DNA of 64,000 nucleotides. Source: Octopus vulgaris (lineage: Eukaryota). The notes under the pieces are model-generated. The model saw only the letters and a list, made by a program, of their open reading frames with translations. It ran no database searches and was not told the origin of the DNA. A program made the translations under genes and the position numbers. The stretch is taken from contig OX597822.1 in assembly GCA_951406725.2 (NCBI GenBank), positions 372,001-436,000 of the forward strand. Direction: 5' to 3'. Each line of letters starts with the position of its first letter. Positions within the stretch are counted from its first letter, which is position 1. Shown one piece after another: positions 56,572-64,000 of the stretch.

Positions 56572-57120
56572 AATATATGTGTGTGTATATATATATATGT
56601 GTGCATATAAAGATATACATGTATACGTGTGTACATGTGTCTGTATGCATAGACATATGTACACATATTTTTTTAAACGTATATATATATATATATGCAT
56701 ATATATATATATGCATATATATATATATATGTATACACATGCATACATACACAGACGCACACACACACGCACACACAAACACACACATATATATATATAC
56801 TTGGGTACACATTCTCTCATATGATGCATGCATATTCAGATAACATTTCTGATGTTTAAAGAGATCTCAATTGTTTTGATGTAATTGAAGCAAAATACCT
56901 TCAGAACTGTCCACAAATTGACATCATGTTTACTAATGTTTTTAGAGATCTTTGTAAGCACATCCATACATACACATGCAGATACATCTCTTGCATACAC
57001 TTGTGCGGACACACAGATATACATAATAATATCACATACATACACAAATATACGTATGCACATATAAGTACACGCTCACACGTATACAAAACATACATAT
57101 ATATAGATGCTTGTATATAT

Positions 57121-57159
<39 letters not shown>

Positions 57160-57748
57160 CATATATATAACTACATATACATGCATTGATATAGTCCTGG
57201 TATAGGTTAAAACATTGATTTTCGAAGTTTCATGTCTGGGTTATTACAGACAATCAACGGACGATGTAACAGAAGAGACAGGGTCGAAAAAGACGGAGGG
57301 GGAAGTGATGGCGAGGCTGGTATAAGAAAAAGTGAGAGAAAAGAATTGTGTCTCGGTAGATTTAGCAAAATTATGAGAGTAAGAAAAGGGATGTGTTTCT
57401 CAAAATGTAAATGGAAGAAATTAAGAAGCGATCAGAACGTATAATAGACAGAATGGGTGATGACATTTTCCTTCATCAGCTTTCGATTTTAGGGAACGCT
57501 TTCGGTTTTGGCGCGTTAAGACAAAACCGTGTAATCCCAGATGCACCAGCGACTCTGGATACGGTCGTTCGGGATTATTACAAAGAGGACGGGACACGAG
57601 CTGATGAAGGGACATTTTCTTGTTTGCACCGTCTGTTATGTGTTCTGATAATACGTGCCTAATTTCTTCCATTAATTTATCAATTTCCATACATGTTTTG
57701 CACACACTCACACACGCACACCCAGACACAGACACAGACACACGTGAG

Positions 57749-57784
<36 letters not shown>

Positions 57785-57791
57785 TGTATAT

Positions 57792-57847
<56 letters not shown>

Positions 57848-58264
57848 GTATGAAAGAAAATTTTTTGATATGCGGTTTTATTTAAAATTTGATATGGGCT
57901 CTAGATGGAGCTACTAGGAAATGCCTCAACTGATTTCACCATGAACTCTTGCGGGATGGATGACATAACTTCTCGTATTCACCCTTCAAGTTGTTCCAAA
58001 GTCTTTGGTTTTGTACAGTAGACTTGTTCCTTTAATCAACCCCTAAGATGACCCATCCATCTCACGGAGAAGCGGGTATATAGTCATTTCAGATTACAGA
58101 TTACTAACTGAATTCTCATACTTCAAATAACAAACACAAAATATAGAGAAAATATTACAATTAATAATTAATTTATAAGTATTTTAAAACAGGGAGTTAT
58201 TTTTTAATCACCCTGATTATACATGCATACGTATGGTGTAAGAAAAGTGGATTTACATACTTTT

Positions 58265-58362
<98 letters not shown>

Positions 58363-58504
58363 GATGGACTCTCTCGTCGTTATACAACGTATGAGGGGTT
58401 GACAATTTCTTACTGAACAACCATACAAATGATTTGTTTATAGTGATCAAATGTTTGTGTAGGTATAAGCTCACTCCCTCCATCAGATTCACATTACCTG
58501 TACA

Positions 58505-58640
58505 GGTGCAACTGGGTGCCATATATCAGATGTCGAAATGATTGCAGAGCAACGTGAAATGAAGTGCATTGGTCTGGGAATCAAACCCACGATCTCGCAA
58601 TCGTGAGTGCAACACCCTAACCACTAAGCCATGCGCTTCA
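58505..58640 (-). mobile_element. SINE B-related fragment
   Basis: gagcaacgtgaaatgaagtg...aaccactaagccatgcgcttc. Confidence 0.65.
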
Positions 58641-58728
58641 CACACACACACACGAATTAGAAAATAATAAAATGGAGAAACTGACATGCAGACATCAGTT
58701 TATTCAAAGATATTCAACTCTATATAAT

Positions 58729-58850
58729 GAAATTCCTGTCCTACAGCCGTTTCCATATCCAATTAGTTCAATTACAGAAATTAAATTGACTTAATCTAAA
58801 TTTTCATAATGAAACTGGTTAATTGGGTATTTCATCAGGGAAGAATTTTC
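58729..58850 (-). ncRNA. Type I hammerhead with extended stem II
   Basis: Minus strand aaattct-tcc CTGATGA a atacccaatta...taattggatat g GAAA cggct GTA gga-ca-ggaattt. Confidence 0.65.
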
Positions 58851-58900
58851 CCAATGCTAGCATCACTTAAAGGATTATAGGTTCTTGACACCATTATACA

Positions 58901-58977
<77 letters not shown>

Positions 58978-60110
58978 AGAGACAAAACCACTATTAGGCA
59001 AATCAAACAATGAAAGACTTAAGCCAATACATATGATTAATTTATATTATTAAATATGTGACAATTATTAATATATATATATATTTATATATGAATAAAA
59101 CAACGTGGGCAGCTATACGTAATATAAAACCAAAAAGGAAGAATCCAATCGTGATTGTGACTGAGGATGGTGGGTAGCACCTATATTGCTAGAAATAAAA
59201 GTTAAAAACCTTAGAACTGCAAGGAAGCATATTTTCATATACTAATATTTTCAAATCTCTATATATAATCGATGAAATATATAGTGATATATAACATTTA
59301 TACAACCGATTTGGGGTATATGTATGTTTGTGTTATGTGTGTGTGTTAAGCTCGTGTGTAAGTGTTTCCTGCTTGCGTGAATGTACCTGGCATACGTGGA
59401 AAAGGGTAGACGACTGGAGGTAAGAGAGATGACGCCCTTCCTTATATATTGAATACCGCCCCTTCACTTCTGTAACATCTCGTAAAAAGTGTCATCTTCA
59501 AGTGTGTAAGAAATTCTTATTGTTGATGTTTGCTTTTTTTCCCCTAGATAAACACTGATACGGTTAGCCTATGATTAGTGGAATTCCAGTCGTGATAACA
59601 GGGTTACTTTTCAGTTATAATTTATCAACGAATGCATTATATGACGTGTCAATGTGTCTTACATTTTAAGACGGTACTATGTGATTATAGGCTGATTTGT
59701 GAGCGATACATCACTCACTCCAGCAGCTCAAGCGACACCGTAGATACTTAATTGTGTGTTAGTGAATCCTTAATATGTAAGCTGTATCTTTACGTTTAAT
59801 CCCAATGTAATTATTTCTGATGTTGAAAGAAACTTTCGTAATATAGAACCTCAATTACTTAAATCTTTAATTACTTAAATATGGGGTCTGCGCCGTTTTC
59901 TAATTAAAATATCAGCTAATAATATAACTCCTTATCAATCATCTAATATCGTCGATAGTGCGTTGTAATAGTTGTAGCATAATCATATTTTAGCTTATTG
60001 GTTAATACATACATACACCCATACACACACACCCATCCATCCATCCATTCATCCATCAATCCATCCATCCATACATACATATACAGTCATATAACGTCAA
60101 ATTCTCACAG

Positions 60111-60333
60111 AAGAGTGGGGTGCTAAAACGTTCCTGGCTTTGGATAAAAGAAAATACAGGATGAGGATCAGTAAATCATGATTTTAATCAACATATTCCC
60201 TTCTGAGATTCATATACTTATTGCAGCGGTGATTCAGTTTTTCTAAGCCCTGTAAAAGAACTCGGAAGGTTAGAACTCCAGCCAATCCTTTCGCGATACC
60301 CTTAAAGCCAGGAACTATACAACACCCCCTCGT
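60111..60333. mobile_element. Mariner-type MITE with degenerate TIRs
   Basis: gagtggggtgctaaaacgttcctggcttt pairs with aaagccaggaactatacaacaccccctcgta. Confidence 0.7.
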
Positions 60334-60614
60334 ATATTTGTTTCCGTGACAGATTTTAAGATGCTCCTTCTAAATAGAAAACCCTTTATATTGCATCCAC
60401 GAACACTTGATAAAGCTCACATGTAAAGACTTTACCACAGCAGATTAAAAACCTGAGAAAATATAAGCGATTCAATAACTGGCAATGTTTAATTATATTG
60501 ATAAAAGTCCGTACCGTTTTTCAGCACACACACACAAAGATTGACATTTCAACACAGCTTTTTGTACGATTACTGTGTGAATGGTTTATTTCTACTACTT
60601 TTAAGTTAAATGTG

Positions 60615-61285
60615 AACATGTAGGAAAACATGATACATTTTCGTCATGTGTTGCTCTTTTATTTCTAGGAATGAAAAGAAAAAACGCTACACAAGCTGAA
60701 AAAGAAAAAAAAGGTACGTGCAGGTTTTGAAGATGGTACCACAACTAAGAGGACTGTCCGTAAGTGCTTTGTTAGGATTAGGGGTGAAAATTTTGATCTA
60801 GAAGATCGCGAACATTCCCGTAGGTATACAGTCGTTGATGATCTCTGTATCGAAACGTTAATTAAAAATAATCCAAGTCACATGACAAGCGATATCGTAG
60901 AGATACTCCACATAACTCGTATAAGCATTAGAAAGCATTTAAAAACAATTGGATACGTGAATCGCTATAATGTTTGGGTGCATATTTTAACGGAAAAAAT
61001 CTGAATGGATTGCATTTCGATCTGCGATTCTTTGCTCAAACGTAACAAAAAGGGTTCGTTTTTGAAAACTACGACCACAGGTGATGAAAATATATTGTTT
61101 AAAATAATGTGAAGCGAAAAATGTCTTGGAGAAAACGACATCGACTATCTTCGATCATTTCAAAAAGCTGTCAATATCTGAAGAAGACGAGATGCTATGG
61201 ATCTTGTAGGAATGGAATATCCTGTGCATTATGAGCTCCTTTCGCGAAATTAGACGTTGAATTCAGACAATTACTGTTCCCAGTA
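60615..61285 (+). pseudogene. Degenerate mariner transposase (HTH domains and start of the catalytic domain)
   Basis: HFRHVLLFYF, KNATQA, ENFDLEDREHS, RKHLKTIGYVNRYNVWV, CISICDSLLKRN and TTGDE, with frameshifts and stops. Confidence 0.88.
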
Positions 61286-63411
61286 ATTGCAGATTGGGCA
61301 TGTTTTTATAGCATGCTTTGTGACTCCAGCCTGAAGATTGTTTGGAGAAACAAGGCTTGTTATAAGAACCTGTCTAAATCCACTAGTACTAGTAGCATAT
61401 ATACATATGTATAAATGAACTCACAGTGTATGTGTGATCTGAATGTCATTTAATATTTTCTTCTTTAATTCATCATACTTTTATTACTAATGTGAGTATT
61501 GTGATTGCTTAGCAACAGCAGGCAATTCCTGATCGAGCAGGCCTTTGATCAAAAATGTGTTTTTGTATAGCATTTTATATATTCACATTGTCCATCATGC
61601 CCTTCCTTTGTTGAGACCAGAGTGTGACATTTGATGGAGATTTAGTGGCTATTTGTTGCAGAACGGGCGACTGCATAAGGCTCCCTTATCTCATAATAAT
61701 TTATTCCCATTTGGGGTAAGATTATAGCTGACTGCTGTAATCAGTGGCGGCACTGTAAAACTGAATGAGTGTTTCGCTAGCTGGTGGCATTAAGTTCTAT
61801 GTCATCTAGTTGGGCTAACCAGTGTAGATCGGGGAGATCAGGACAGAAACCTCTATTAACAAGGCTCTGTTTACAGCTGAATCACTATTGCTTCAGTGTG
61901 AACTCAGAACTAAACGACAGGCAATTTAGTAGCGAAATGAATATATTTGATGTATGGTAATTCTTTTCTTCTTTCTAAGAAACACACATATCAGCTAGCT
62001 TCATTTCCCTTGCTCCCATGGGTATAATTCGTAGAAGGATACTAACCCCACGACCCAATATGTTATGTGAGAATCACCGTTTAATCCAGCTTATTACTGC
62101 CTCTTATTTTATCTTGAGAAATAACAGAAGTCGATTGAATCCATCGTTTTACTTTTAGGTCAACTCGGTCATTGTCAAAATTAGCATTAATTAGCATCAA
62201 TTAGCATAAGTGTATTTTCCCAGGGTCAAGGTTATACTAAGTCAAATAAATAAGATCAGGAAGAAGTAAAAAATCTCATTGGTTTTAAAATTTCATTCTG
62301 TTTCGTTGCTCAGCATTTTATATTTCATATTCTCCATTCATTAGTCATAGAGTTGTTGTTGTTGATTAATCACAGGTTAGCCCTGACTGAGTAAATGTAT
62401 GACTGCAAAAGCGTTCTGGCCATGGCCATCCTATCTTTTTACCGATATTGCATATCCTGAATTACATTATTTCAAGATTGTGTGTGTGTGTGTGTGTGTG
62501 TGAGATTTGAAGGAATTTACCTGCTATTTTTGGCAGATCAATCAACCATAAATACGCTCTCTAATTACTTCACTCATAGTATTGTAATATATCTAAATTA
62601 GCTTGGTAGTAACTGTGCTAACTGTAGAACTTCTTTTCAACGCATAAGTACAAATAGTTATACTCAGAATATATTTAGTTATACTCACAGTAGGGCTCAA
62701 AATCAACATAGCTCGTCAATTACATAGTACCCCCACTGCCTACACTAGCAAGTTATACCTACTCCTGCTATCAATTTAATGGATTGACCTATTTGGGAGT
62801 TAAGTACCTTCCTTATATTTTAATCAAGAGGGAAGGCAGTGCTCATGACACTTTACAAGGCTCCGAAACTAAAGGAAAGGAGGGGGAAATGTATCCTCAA
62901 ACCAGACACTTGATCTGAATGCTTGCAGCAGAACGAAATCTGCCAATGGCACCTAAAGTGCTAGATGTTAAAAAAAAAAAGAAATAGACGATAGATTGAG
63001 CCGATGACCCATGTAGGTCATATCAAGATTTGAACTCACAACGCAAAGAATCGGAAGAAATACCTCAAGGCATCTGATTTTGCTTTCTGCCACTTTACCA
63101 CCCGGACTGATAGATTTTTATCGTCTCTCAAAGGAAGACAGGTAAACTTAACCTCGACAGGATTTGAACGCGTTTCAATAAAGTTTTGTTTCAAGCAATA
63201 AAGTTCATTGATTCCCAGTCTGCGTGTCTAGACCCTCACAGACACGTGATCAGGATGGGAAATAAACTTGGCTTCTGTGTTGCCTATTTTATAGGAGTTG
63301 AATTTATGTAGACTTCATCGAAAAAATTGGACCGTTAGGTTTTCACGTTATCGGTTACGTGTTCATTTATTTTATACTTGTGAAATTTACATTGACGTAG
63401 TTTTACCGCCA

Positions 63412-63542
<131 letters not shown>

Positions 63543-63788
63543 ATAAAAAATTAAATTAGAGATAAAACCACTATTAGGCAACTCAAACAATGATAGATAT
63601 AAGCCAAAACATAAAAAACAAATATAACTAATATAATATATAATATATATATAAAATATAAAATTTAAAATTTAAATTATAAAAATTTTTAATTTTAATT
63701 TTTTTTATTAAATAACTAATTTATACTGTGAAATTTGATTTAATCCTAAATCTAATTTTTCCCAGTAAGTTTAGATATACTTTCTAAC

Positions 63789-63908
<120 letters not shown>

Positions 63909-64000
63909 TATGTATGATGGTAAAGATACGTCAATGTAAATTTGACAACTACAAAACAAAAAGAACAAGATAATTACCCCGATAATTAATCATGCGAACA

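Overview
Gene-poor, AT-rich animal DNA. The SINE types and microsatellite load suggest a coleoid cephalopod such as Octopus (inference). I found no convincing host protein-coding gene, and nearly all ORFs in the track are microsatellite read-throughs. The window contains three tRNA-derived SINE families (called A, B and C here), Penelope-like elements (PLEs), Tx1/L1-like 3' ends, Tc1/mariner relics, MITEs and very long microsatellites. The PLEs include a Neptune-like RT/GIY-YIG copy with an inverted arm, a Naiad-like fragment and many small terminal fragments, several carrying hammerhead ribozyme (HHR) motifs. Six observations stand out. (1) An 8.3-kb, ~65-bp satellite grew from the central domain of one SINE-C copy, whose tRNA head survives at the array edge. 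(2) There is a set of structurally diverse hammerheads, including a U3-A8 covariant core, and a solo fragment that starts at the predicted cleavage site. (3) SINE-C shares its 3' tail with a Tx1/L1-like LINE that sits in (ATCT)n. (4) Head-to-head inverted 3'-end dimers recur in three unrelated retroelement types. (5) In a 2.7-kb tetranucleotide array the same higher-order pattern switches CAT to CGT in the core. (6) A MITE carries telomeric CCCTAA repeats. All calls were made by eye; coordinates are approximate to a few bases.
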